In this document: positions 29,072 to 36,603 of the stretch, in pieces | How positions within the stretch are numbered: the first letter of the stretch is position 1 | Layout of the letters: each line of letters starts with the position of its first letter | Program-made: the position numbers and the translations under genes | Notes under the pieces: model-generated | Database searches by the model: none | The model's input: only the letters and a program-made list of their open reading frames with translations | Told to the model about the DNA's origin: nothing | Source: Clostridia bacterium | Lineage (GTDB): Bacteria; Bacillota; Clostridia; UBA1381 | DNA length: 37,514 nt | Direction of reading: 5' to 3' | NCBI GenBank assembly: GCA_045648825.1 | Contig: JAZROS010000132.1 | Location: 1-37,514 of the forward strand

Positions 29072-30571
29072 CTAAAATGGTAAATCGGACACATCAACAG
29101 GCGGTAATTCATCAAATTTTTGTTGCAATTCTTCCTGTTGTTTTTGTTCTGTTTTTTTCCAAAACATTTGATTTCCAAAATCATCGTGCCTTTTTACTTT
29201 ATCACGCACCCACCCACCTATACTTTGCAGAATGAGTGTTATTTCGTTGCTTTCTCTGCGTGTAGGTTTGCTAAATGGATTGTCAAGGGCATTTTTCCAT
29301 AATTCCATAATGCAAACTTCTGTCTTGTTTTTGATATAATTTTCAATCATACCAATTCTGTAATCATCTTCAACTGCCTTGCCTTGCATTTCTCTTATTT
29401 CTTCAAGCAAATTTCTATCAGCATAAGGTTGTAAGTTCCCCTCATCATACAAATATTTTGCTTCTGCCCACGCCTGAATTATATCAATTTTTATTTCTTC
29501 TGCGTGGTCGTGTAAATCATAACCGCTTGAATTAACTTTTACAGGATACCAACGGCGATTTCCTGTTTTGTCGGTCAAAAATTGCTCTTTGTTCGTTGTT
29601 CCTATGAATACGCATTGCCTTTTGTGGTCTGTTGTTCTGCGGTCAAAAGGTCTGCGGTAGCGGTCAACAAGTTTTGTTATGTATGATTTAACGGCTTCAA
29701 CTTCTTTTGTTTTTGTTACCGCAAGAAGTTCAGCAATTTCGCAAATCCACGCACCCTCAATGGCTTCAATGCCCTTTTGTCCCTCAATTTCTGTTACTTC
29801 GGTAAAAAATTCATCACGCATTGCCAACCATCTTGCAAAAGTTGACTTTCCTTCACCTTGTTTTGTGCCTATCAACACACATACATCATCAAATTTACAT
29901 CCAGGGTTATAAAGTCTGTGAATGCCACCTGCAAATACAAGCCTTGTAACTTCTCTAATATATGGTGTATCTTCACACTTTAACCATTTTATAAAAAGAG
30001 TTTGTATTCTTGGTATTCCGTCCCACTCAACTGCTTCAATAATTTGTTTTATAGGATGATATTCTCGCTCTGCAAAAAGAATACGCAAAGCATCATCAAG
30101 CTTTTCTCTGCTATGAATTTTATATTTTTGTTCAATATAAAACCTTGTTCTGCTATCGTCTTTGTCTTGCCACCGTTCTAATTTACCATTGACTATATGC
30201 TCAGGAGAATATGACAACTGATTGAATCGCAAACTATCAAATGTTTTGTCATTCCTTAAAATCATAAGGAAATTATCAATCGTTGCCATCGGCTTTCCTT
30301 GTCCGTCAAAGGTCAATGGTATTTCTGCGTTTTCTTTGGCGTGTTGGCGTGTGTAAGCTTCTGCGAGTTCTTTGTCAGCTTTTTCAAAAGCCTTAAACAT
30401 TTTCTTGACTTGATTTTTCAAATCTTTATCTGCTTTCAATTCCGTCAATCTTGCAAAATATAAAGCTTTTAACTGTTCCCTTATTTCTTCGGGTTCAGAT
30501 TGTATTGCATATATGTTTTCACTTCGCAAAAGGTCATTTATTTGCAACATCTGTATTGTTTCTTCATTCAC
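29072..30571 (-). CDS. VapE (virulence-associated E) family primase-associated P-loop helicase/NTPase
   Basis: Walker A LIGTKQGEGKST, and the ...ICEIAEL...SYITKLVDRYRRPFDRRTTDHKRQCVFIGTTN...FLTDKTGNRRWYPVKV pattern typical of VirE/VapE. The GTG at 30571 lies 6 nt after AGAGGTG; the track starts at TTG 30598. Confidence 0.8.
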   Translation of the reverse strand: MNEETIQMLQINDLLRSENIYAIQSEPEEIREQLKALYFARLTELKADKDLKNQVKKMFKAFEKADKELAEAYTRQHAKENAEIPLTFDGQGKPMATIDNFLMILRNDKTFDSLRFNQLSYSPEHIVNGKLERWQDKDDSRTRFYIEQKYKIHSREKLDDALRILFAEREYHPIKQIIEAVEWDGIPRIQTLFIKWLKCEDTPYIREVTRLVFAGGIHRLYNPGCKFDDVCVLIGTKQGEGKSTFARWLAMRDEFFTEVTEIEGQKGIEAIEGAWICEIAELLAVTKTKEVEAVKSYITKLVDRYRRPFDRRTTDHKRQCVFIGTTNKEQFLTDKTGNRRWYPVKVNSSGYDLHDHAEEIKIDIIQAWAEAKYLYDEGNLQPYADRNLLEEIREMQGKAVEDDYRIGMIENYIKNKTEVCIMELWKNALDNPFSKPTRRESNEITLILQSIGGWVRDKVKRHDDFGNQMFWKKTEQKQQEELQQKFDELPPVDVSDLPF

Positions 30572-30588
30572 TTTTAACACCTCTTTTC

Positions 30589-31116
30589 TTACATACAATC
30601 AAGCAAATATTCCTGATATGTTATTTTTTGCAATGCTTCCACAAACAACGGATGCCATTCTTCTTCAGGCGTTTTTGGTGCATAAAATGTTTTGTTTTTG
30701 TCAAGCCTTATCCATTCATAAAAAATCGCCCAATATTCATTATCGGCTTGTTCCCTTTCTATTTTCTTGCGTTCTCTTTCAGCCTGTATTTTTTTCTGTT
30801 GATAATGTGACCGCCTTAATTCTTCAAAATTGTGTTCGACATACAAATTAAGGTTAAAATCAATATCAATTTTTTTTAACGCATCAGGGAAAGACAATTC
30901 AAATAACTGTTGAACAAATGAAATTTCGTCACCACTTGCACCGCACCCGAAACAATGCCAACCGCCTTTGCCCTTGTACACTTTCAAAGATGCGGTTTTT
31001 TCATTATGAAAAGGGCAACACATAAATCCTGCACGATTGGTAGAAAAACCATAATGCTGAATGACATCTTCCATTGTCAATCGCTCTTTGATTCTTTGTA
31101 CTGCATCAATTCGCAT
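30589..31116 (-). CDS. DnaG-type CHC2 zinc-finger protein (primase zinc-binding domain)
   Basis: CCPFHNEKTASLKVY...WHCFGCGASGDEISFV is the CHC2 signature. The ATG at 31116 is preferred over the track's TTG at 31134. Confidence 0.75.
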   Translation of the reverse strand: MRIDAVQRIKERLTMEDVIQHYGFSTNRAGFMCCPFHNEKTASLKVYKGKGGWHCFGCGASGDEISFVQQLFELSFPDALKKIDIDFNLNLYVEHNFEELRRSHYQQKKIQAERERKKIEREQADNEYWAIFYEWIRLDKNKTFYAPKTPEEEWHPLFVEALQKITYQEYLLDCM

Positions 31117-31120
31117 TGTT

Positions 31121-31246
31121 TTAACCTCGTTCAAAAAATCTTTCTACTGTCATACGGATAAATCCTGCAATAGTCATTTTTCTGCTTGACAAATAATTTT
31201 CCATTTTTTCAAACAATTCATCACCGAGAAAATTTTTCCAATTCAT
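31121..31246 (-). CDS. Ribbon-helix-helix-like small protein, paralogue 3 (41 aa)
   Basis: Own translation: MNWKNFLGDELFEKMENYLSSRKMTIAGFIRMTVERFFERG. It has an AAGGTGGTGA SD. Confidence 0.5.
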   Translation of the reverse strand: MNWKNFLGDELFEKMENYLSSRKMTIAGFIRMTVERFFERG

Positions 31247-31260
31247 TATATCACCACCTT

Positions 31261-31485
31261 TTATTCAATAACTTTATAAAAACAACCACAATTATTTTTG
31301 ATTGCTTCTTCTTTGCTCATATTCATTTTTAACTTTTTTCTTTCTATATATGTTGAACGGATAACATCCCAAATAATATAGAAAATCTGTCCGTTTTCTA
31401 CTCTCCAATACGGACTGTCTGTTGACTTTGTTTCTGCAAGATGAAAATTACCATCCGAATACAAATCATATCTTGCTATTTCCAT
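31261..31485 (-). CDS. Hypothetical protein (74 aa)
   Basis: Track ORF, the first gene after the promoter at 31517-31545. Confidence 0.6.
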   Translation of the reverse strand: MEIARYDLYSDGNFHLAETKSTDSPYWRVENGQIFYIIWDVIRSTYIERKKLKMNMSKEEAIKNNCGCFYKVIE

Positions 31486-31516
31486 TTAGAACACCTGCCT
31501 TTAATTTGTTAATACT

Positions 31517-31545
31517 ATTATACTACTATTTTTATACTTTGTCAA
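31517..31545 (-). promoter_or_regulatory. Perfect consensus promoter TTGACA-17-TATAAT (replication operon)
   Basis: Minus strand reads aaaagtaTTGACAaagtataaaaatagtagTATAATagt. Confidence 0.7.
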
Positions 31546-31576
31546 TACTTTTTACAAAAATAATTAAAAAAATTCA

Positions 31577-31608
31577 CAAAAAAAATCAGCCGAATGGTTA
31601 CGGCTGAT
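31577..31608 (-). terminator. Intrinsic terminator after the ThyX-like gene
   Basis: ATCAGCCG/CGGCTGAT 8-bp stem (31585-31592 / 31601-31608), followed on the minus strand by T8. Confidence 0.8.
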
Positions 31609-31612
31609 AATT

Positions 31613-32119
31613 TTATCTGTTGCAAGGGAACATTTCGTGACATTTTTCGTTATGATATTTACACATCGGAACGAGCAGATTTTCAAATTCAGGACAAACC
31701 CTCAAAACTTCGTCACATATCATCTGCACAACTTCTCTCGTTTCTTCACTTGCCTGATTGCACAATCTTTTGTTTGCTATAATCTGCAATTCTTCCGCAT
31801 TCATATACCATATCATTTTCACCATTTCGTCTTGCGGTCCTTTTTTTCTGTCATAATCGCTTTGTCTGTCATTCCTTTGCGATTTTACAAACGGTTGTGC
31901 GTGGATATGTCTTACAAGATGAACAGAAACCCAATAAGGTATATCTAATTCAAATGCAAACTGTAGCACCCTGATTGGGCTATGCCTTGCTTCAAGAATT
32001 TTATGTTTCCATTCCTGTGTCGGTTCTGTTATGCTTTCTTTTCCAACCGTAACCAGCGCACATTGTTTACAAAAACGCCAATCTTCTTTTGCCGGATATT
32101 TAATCAATTTTACTTTCAT
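31613..32119 (-). CDS. Divergent, short ThyX-like (flavin-dependent thymidylate synthase family) protein
   Basis: ARHSPIRVLQFAFELDIPYWVSVHLVRHIHAQPFVKSQRNDR parallels the ThyX core (H.S..E...F.F.i.......q..RHR..S....S.R), but with RH-I-H...SQR and only 168 aa. This is a motif-level inference. Confidence 0.4.
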   Translation of the reverse strand: MKVKLIKYPAKEDWRFCKQCALVTVGKESITEPTQEWKHKILEARHSPIRVLQFAFELDIPYWVSVHLVRHIHAQPFVKSQRNDRQSDYDRKKGPQDEMVKMIWYMNAEELQIIANKRLCNQASEETREVVQMICDEVLRVCPEFENLLVPMCKYHNEKCHEMFPCNR

Positions 32120-32139
32120 TTGTTATCTCCAAAAAATCT

Positions 32140-32595
32140 TTAAATTTCTGTATTGTCTTGTGTAAGCAACTCAATTATTCTTTTTCCTGTTACCCTTTTG
32201 TCGCAGAATATAAACTCCGTTCCGTATGCTCTGTGAATGGCTATCAATCGTTCCATAATATCACGCCCTGAAAGATAACCATATTTTGGCTTCCAATCGC
32301 ACACATGATTAAGAGTTTTGATTGTTCCACCGTGTTCAATCAAAACATACAGTTTAACCTTGCTTTCAAACGCCCTGCGAACTTCTTTCATAAATCGGCT
32401 CTTGTCATTAACAATATTACTGTAAACCTCTCCAAGATTTTGTTTTGTGTCAACTGATATGGAATTGTTCCCCTCAATCATATAATCGCCAATTTTTAAC
32501 GCCGTTGGTTGCAACTCATAACCCATTGACATTATTTGTTGGTGCTTTTTATCGTGTTTGCCCTTTTTTTGCCGTGTGTCATAATAAATTATCAT
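32140..32595 (-). CDS. ERCC4/Mus81-like PD-(D/E)XK nuclease (candidate junction resolvase)
   Basis: YYDTRQ...LKIGDYMIEG..SISVDTKQNLGEVYS matches the GDx(n)-(E/D)-x-K-x3-(D/E) ERCC4 nuclease core. It lies in the recombination module. Confidence 0.5.
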   Translation of the reverse strand: MIIYYDTRQKKGKHDKKHQQIMSMGYELQPTALKIGDYMIEGNNSISVDTKQNLGEVYSNIVNDKSRFMKEVRRAFESKVKLYVLIEHGGTIKTLNHVCDWKPKYGYLSGRDIMERLIAIHRAYGTEFIFCDKRVTGKRIIELLTQDNTEI

Positions 32596-32603
32596 TTAAC
32601 ACC

Positions 32604-33002
32604 TCAAAATGGTAAATCGCTATCCGTGTCTATTGTCTCAAAATCGCCCTGTAATGCGTTTTCTGTTGCGAGTGTAGTATTTACATTACTTGACTTGCTT
32701 CCGCAAAAATGGGCGGTTTCTACGGTCATTTCAAGCACCGTTCTATTGTTGCCCTCGTTATCAGTCCAATCTCTTGTTGACATTTTACCCTCAACAACAA
32801 TTTCTTGACCTTTTTTTAAATAATTTGTTATAAATTCAGCCGTACCTCTCCAAGCAGTGCAACGCATAAAACATTTTGTTTCAATTTCGTTTCTTTTCTC
32901 ACTCCAAGCAACTGTAAAAGAACATACTGAAATATCACTCTGCGTTTTTCTCAATTCAGGGTCAGCAGTTAATCGACCCTGTAAAATTATTTTATTTATC
33001 AT
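32604..33002 (-). CDS. ssb: Single-stranded DNA-binding protein
   Basis: OB-fold start MINKIILQGRLTADPELR, ...CTAWRGTAEF...KGQEIVVEG, and an acidic C-terminal tip DSDLPF. Confidence 0.9.
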   Translation of the reverse strand: MINKIILQGRLTADPELRKTQSDISVCSFTVAWSEKRNEIETKCFMRCTAWRGTAEFITNYLKKGQEIVVEGKMSTRDWTDNEGNNRTVLEMTVETAHFCGSKSSNVNTTLATENALQGDFETIDTDSDLPF

Positions 33003-33849
33003 TATTTGTTACCCCCCCCTCAATAGCCTGTGCTAAATCTGTTGCTTCTTTTTCATATTCAAACCAATCGGAAATTTTACTGTTGTTTTCTTTCAAACTG
33101 TTGTAGATGCCGATGTAATCAGCAAAATCTTCCGCAGTCATTGTTTCGATTTTGCGTTTTAATCTTCCCTCAATCATTTCCTGTGTAACGCCAATTTTGC
33201 CAAAAGCAACTGTCATTGATTTTACCCTGTCAATTAAAGGCGTTTCGTTGTTTCCTGTTAAAGTCTTTCGACATTCTTTTATTGCTTCGTCAACCAAATC
33301 AGACGGAAGAACGGCTAATATTCTTGCTCTTAATCTTCTTGCCGCCATATTTGCATTGTTTTCGTAAATATCACGCAAAGAAGTCAATTCTTTAATATTT
33401 CCTTTTACCTCTTTACGATGCGGATTTGTAAAATTCTGTACGCTCATTGTGTTAGTTTCCAAATCCCAACAATAAGCCTGCATTTCGGAATTGCCGTTAC
33501 CTTGTGATAGTTCCTTTATACCATAGTCAAGATTTCCCCAACATCTTGCAAGTTCTTCCGCAAATCTAATTGTCGGTCCTTGTACTGTTTCACCGCCTCG
33601 AGGATAACTGTAAAAGGCTTTTTCTGCAAGTGATTTTCTTTGACAAGCGGTCATTACCCTTGCGTGTGATGCGATTTCATCACGAGGAAAACGCTTTGCA
33701 ATAACAAGCTTTCCCTGTGCTTCTGCTATTGCTCTGCTGCTTTCAACCGCAACTGTACCTTGATTGATGTTTTCAAAATTTGCTACACCTTGCGGAAAAT
33801 TAGGTGGTGCAACTTGAACTGTGTCTTGCTTTACAATTTCTTTACTCAT
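32992..33849 (-). CDS. Single-strand annealing recombinase (RecT/Red-beta-superfamily SSAP; family not resolved)
   Basis: 285-aa ORF between a RecE-like exonuclease and ssb. It shows the ...AKRFPRDE...YSYPRGGETVQGPTIRFAEELARCWGN... pattern remembered from phage recombinases. Confidence 0.55.
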   Translation of the reverse strand: MSKEIVKQDTVQVAPPNFPQGVANFENINQGTVAVESSRAIAEAQGKLVIAKRFPRDEIASHARVMTACQRKSLAEKAFYSYPRGGETVQGPTIRFAEELARCWGNLDYGIKELSQGNGNSEMQAYCWDLETNTMSVQNFTNPHRKEVKGNIKELTSLRDIYENNANMAARRLRARILAVLPSDLVDEAIKECRKTLTGNNETPLIDRVKSMTVAFGKIGVTQEMIEGRLKRKIETMTAEDFADYIGIYNSLKENNSKISDWFEYEKEATDLAQAIEGGVTNNDK

Positions 33850-33862
33850 TTTTTATTCTCCT

Positions 33863-34669
33863 TTATTCATAATCTTTTATAAGCCAAGCAGGAAGATTAA
33901 GCACATTTGGTTTGCCTGTTTCTCCTGTATAACTATACCAATTATCTGTTTCTCTGCAATGCTTTAACATTCCTAAATATGTGCGAAAATCGTCATATCC
34001 TTTACGGATAAATATTTCGTCAGCTTCAAGAATGTTCAAACCATAAGGTGCAGTTTTTTCTACTGCAATAAATACAAATTTATGTGGTTTTCCCTCAATC
34101 AATTCTACGCCTGTTTTGTACTGTGCAGATTGTAGGTCATAACCAAACTTTAACGCATCTTTCATAAAAGCCGTTGTTTCTGCATTGGTGCAAGATTTTA
34201 AATCAACAATGATATTCAAATCTCCTATCGGTGTAATACAATCGGGTCTGCATTTACACTCAATTCCTGTCATTTCATCTTGCCAATAATAAGATATTTC
34301 TTTTTCGCCTTTCAAAAGTGCCATAGCATATTTATTACTGTATATACTTTCTCGCATTGCATTTATTGTGTCATATTCTTCGGTTGTTATGATTTGCTTT
34401 CCGCTTTCAGCAATCTTTTCAAGCAATGCTTTGCCTTCTTTTGTTCTGCGGTCAATTTTATCAACTAAAATATAATTTTTCTCAAACAATTCAGGTTCTA
34501 AAACAAAGGTGTGAAACATCGTGCCAAATCTCAACGCATCTGTTTCTTTTTCTTTGTTTTCCATAGCATACTTGAAATGTGCAGGACTACGGCTCATTTG
34601 GAAAAGACTTGAACGGCTTACAGCACTATTGCTATGATATTCCGCGTTGGTGTCTTTTTGTTTATTCAA
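33863..34669 (-). CDS. PD-(D/E)XK exonuclease (RecE / exonuclease VIII-like, DUF3799-type)
   Basis: It shows SNSAVSRSSL...F, GTMFHTFVLEPELF and CRPDC...IVDLKS (D...D/E-x-K). It is partnered with the SSAP gene. The TTG start lies 5 nt after AGAGGTGAT. Confidence 0.7.
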   Translation of the reverse strand: MNKQKDTNAEYHSNSAVSRSSLFQMSRSPAHFKYAMENKEKETDALRFGTMFHTFVLEPELFEKNYILVDKIDRRTKEGKALLEKIAESGKQIITTEEYDTINAMRESIYSNKYAMALLKGEKEISYYWQDEMTGIECKCRPDCITPIGDLNIIVDLKSCTNAETTAFMKDALKFGYDLQSAQYKTGVELIEGKPHKFVFIAVEKTAPYGLNILEADEIFIRKGYDDFRTYLGMLKHCRETDNWYSYTGETGKPNVLNLPAWLIKDYE

Positions 34670-35015
34670 TTATAATCACCTCTTTTGTTTGTCTGCCAAA
34701 TTCAAGAGCTTTTTCGTGGCTATCAAAATAAAGGTCAATTCTATTGCCTTTGATTGCACCGCCTCTGTCTTGCACAATTCTTTCACCCACACCATCAATA
34801 TAAACCTTTGTGCCGAATGGTATGCTCTTGTCCGTCGCAACTGTTACGCCCTCAACGGCTGTAACGTCTGAGGCAGTAATTCCATCTGTTTTACCGCAAC
34901 ATTTTACACAAGGGCAATAAGCGGTTATAACATAGCTTTCAAAATAGACTTGTTCTGCTGTTTCAATTTTGTTATTTTCTGCCCCATCGCTGACAGCTTC
35001 TTCCAAACAATCCAC
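34662..35015 (-). CDS. 3D-domain (RlpA-like double-psi beta-barrel) cell-wall-active protein; the frame lacks its own signal peptide
   Basis: YVITAYCPCVKCCGKTDGITASDV...VATDKSIPFGTKVYIDGVGERIVQDRGGAIKGNRIDLYFDSH is the 3D-domain signature. The only start is GTG at 35015, and the frame is open upstream to 35057. Confidence 0.65.
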   Translation of the reverse strand: MDCLEEAVSDGAENNKIETAEQVYFESYVITAYCPCVKCCGKTDGITASDVTAVEGVTVATDKSIPFGTKVYIDGVGERIVQDRGGAIKGNRIDLYFDSHEKALEFGRQTKEVIIIE

Positions 35016-35155
35016 AACGGCAGGGCAATCATAAAAACCTCTGTACCTGTTGAATTAAACCCCCTCACTTCATCAGCATATCCAAAGCACCATATTACAA
35101 ACACTATGCTCAATGTTAATATCGCACCGAACCAAAAATTATTTAACTTTTTCAT
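34925..35155 (-). CDS. ORF encoding a signal-peptide/TM segment. Probably the displaced N-terminus of the 3D-domain protein (frame break), or a separate small membrane protein.
   Basis: The track ORF starts MKKLNNFWFGAILTLSIVFVIWCFGYADE (a signal-like sequence). Its 3' two-thirds overlap the 3D-domain frame, which lies at -1. Confidence 0.45.
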   Translation of the reverse strand: MKKLNNFWFGAILTLSIVFVIWCFGYADEVRGFNSTGTEVFMIALPLWIVWKKLSAMGQKITKLKQQNKSILKAML

Positions 35156-35460
35156 ATTCTTTCACCATCCAATAAATCATTTAACAAATCACGTTCTTCT
35201 TCTGTGAAATTTTCATTCATTAAAATTGTAAATCTTTTAAGAACATCTTTTTTGCAATTGTCACAATACGTTTCATTTGCTTCGTGATTGTAACTGTCAC
35301 ATATGGGACAAGGGTCAACTTCTTCAAAACTTCCTTTGCAAATAGGGCAACCACTAAAATGTTCTCCTGTTCCATCATTAAAACCGTGTGTTTCAATCCA
35401 TTCTGTCTGTTCGCCATTCTCAAAAATATGTCCGCATTCTTCACATCTTAACATTTTCAT
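35152..35460 (-). CDS. Multi-CxxC zinc-ribbon protein (102 aa)
   Basis: It contains CEECG...CPICKG...CPICDS...CDNC. Confidence 0.65.
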   Translation of the reverse strand: MKMLRCEECGHIFENGEQTEWIETHGFNDGTGEHFSGCPICKGSFEEVDPCPICDSYNHEANETYCDNCKKDVLKRFTILMNENFTEEERDLLNDLLDGERI

Positions 35461-35644
35461 TTTTCTTTACCTCATATTCTTTCATTTTGTTTTCAAATTT
35501 GATTTTGTTTACTTCTGTTGGTTGACTTATTCCTTTTTCATATCGGTAAATCATAAAAGCACCAACCCCGAAAAGTTCAGCCAACTGCATTTGTGTTAGA
35601 TTATGCTTTGCACGGAACTCCAACAACTTTTTGCTGTAGCACAT
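35441..35644 (-). CDS. XRE-family helix-turn-helix transcriptional regulator (Cro/CI-type), the first early gene
   Basis: LTQMQLAELFGVGAFMIYRYEKGISQPT is the classic HTH_3 pattern. The gene lies immediately downstream of the early promoter. Confidence 0.85.
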   Translation of the reverse strand: MCYSKKLLEFRAKHNLTQMQLAELFGVGAFMIYRYEKGISQPTEVNKIKFENKMKEYEVKKNENVKM

Positions 35645-35673
35645 TTTATCACCTCTCTTTAATTTGTTGTCTT

Positions 35674-35702
35674 AATTGTATCATACTTTTTCATAGTTGT
35701 CA
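35674..35702 (-). promoter_or_regulatory. Near-consensus early promoter TTGACA-17-TACAAT
   Basis: Minus strand reads aaaagtaTTGACAactatgaaaaagtatgaTACAATtaag. It shares flanking sequence with the promoter at 31517-31545. Confidence 0.65.
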
Positions 35703-35740
35703 ATACTTTTCTATAAAAATCTTTAATATTTTTTACAACA

Positions 35741-35769
35741 AAAAACCGCCCTATCGCTAGAACGGTTTT
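35741..35769 (-). terminator. Hairpin plus U-tract separating the accessory arm from the early operon
   Basis: Minus strand reads AAAAACCGTTCTAGCGATAGGGCGGTTTTTTGTTGT. The GC core is short (ACCG/CGGT) and is extended by A/U pairs. Confidence 0.4.
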
Positions 35770-35825
35770 TGATTGGCAAGTCAAAATGAAAAATCCTTGC
35801 CATTAATGAGGTGGGTTTAATTATA

Positions 35826-36062
35826 TCACCTTTTTATTAACTTGTCAAGGTTGAGCATATCAAAAACAATTTTGCGTTCTTGCTCATTTTGTGTGCTTGA
35901 ATAAACGGCACGACAAAAATCGGCAATTTCAACACATAATTTTTGTAGATTGATTATGTTATGGTCTGCCTTATATTTGTGCAAAGATGGGATTATGCCA
36001 ACAACCTCTTTGTATTCTTCTGTTAGTTGCGTAGGTGTTACATTATCCTCGAATTTATCCAT
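35826..36062 (-). CDS. Hypothetical protein (78 aa)
   Basis: Track ORF with an AAAGGAA SD. Confidence 0.6.
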   Translation of the reverse strand: MDKFEDNVTPTQLTEEYKEVVGIIPSLHKYKADHNIINLQKLCVEIADFCRAVYSSTQNEQERKIVFDMLNLDKLIKR

Positions 36063-36079
36063 AACAATATTCCTTTCTG

Positions 36080-36586
36080 TTATGCTCTTTCTATTTTCCT
36101 CATCGCATCTTTGAGGATTTCTCTCTGTTCCTCGTCTGCCGAGGACATCATTTCCCCCAATTTGTTCATCATATGGTCTTTTGCATCATCACGGCTGTAA
36201 CCTCTGCCACCGCGACCGCCTCTGTATGAACTTTCTTCGGAATAATCATCATAAGATGAACTGCCCTCATAAGAACTACCTTCGGAAGAATATCTACCCA
36301 TACTGTCACGCTTTGCATTTCTACCTCTGCCTCTACGTTCGGAGTACATCATATCATCATCGTATGAAGAACCGCCCATATAAGACGAACGACCTCTACC
36401 TCTGCCGCCTCTTGCTTCGGAATAACCTCCGATTTCTTCTTCCAACATTTCAATCTTGTCAAGATTTTTTACGGTGTCTGTCAACTTGTGTATTACATCA
36501 ATATCAGCCATTGACAATTTGTTTTTCATAGCATACTCGTCAAGTTCCTTGCAGAGCATTTTTTTAATTTTTTCAATATATTCCAT
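36080..36586 (-). CDS. RGG/SY-rich intrinsically disordered protein flanked by helical N- and C-terminal segments (168 aa)
   Basis: The central ~90 residues read GGYSEARGGRGRGRSSYMGGSSYDDDMMYSERRGRGRNAKRDSMGRYSSEGSSYEGSSSYDDYSEESSYRGGRGGRGYSRDD. The flanks are helical (MEYIEKIKKMLCKELDEY... and ...EEQREILKDAMRKIERA). Confidence 0.65.
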   Translation of the reverse strand: MEYIEKIKKMLCKELDEYAMKNKLSMADIDVIHKLTDTVKNLDKIEMLEEEIGGYSEARGGRGRGRSSYMGGSSYDDDMMYSERRGRGRNAKRDSMGRYSSEGSSYEGSSSYDDYSEESSYRGGRGGRGYSRDDAKDHMMNKLGEMMSSADEEQREILKDAMRKIERA

Positions 36587-36603
36587 AATTCAACACTCCT
36601 TTC

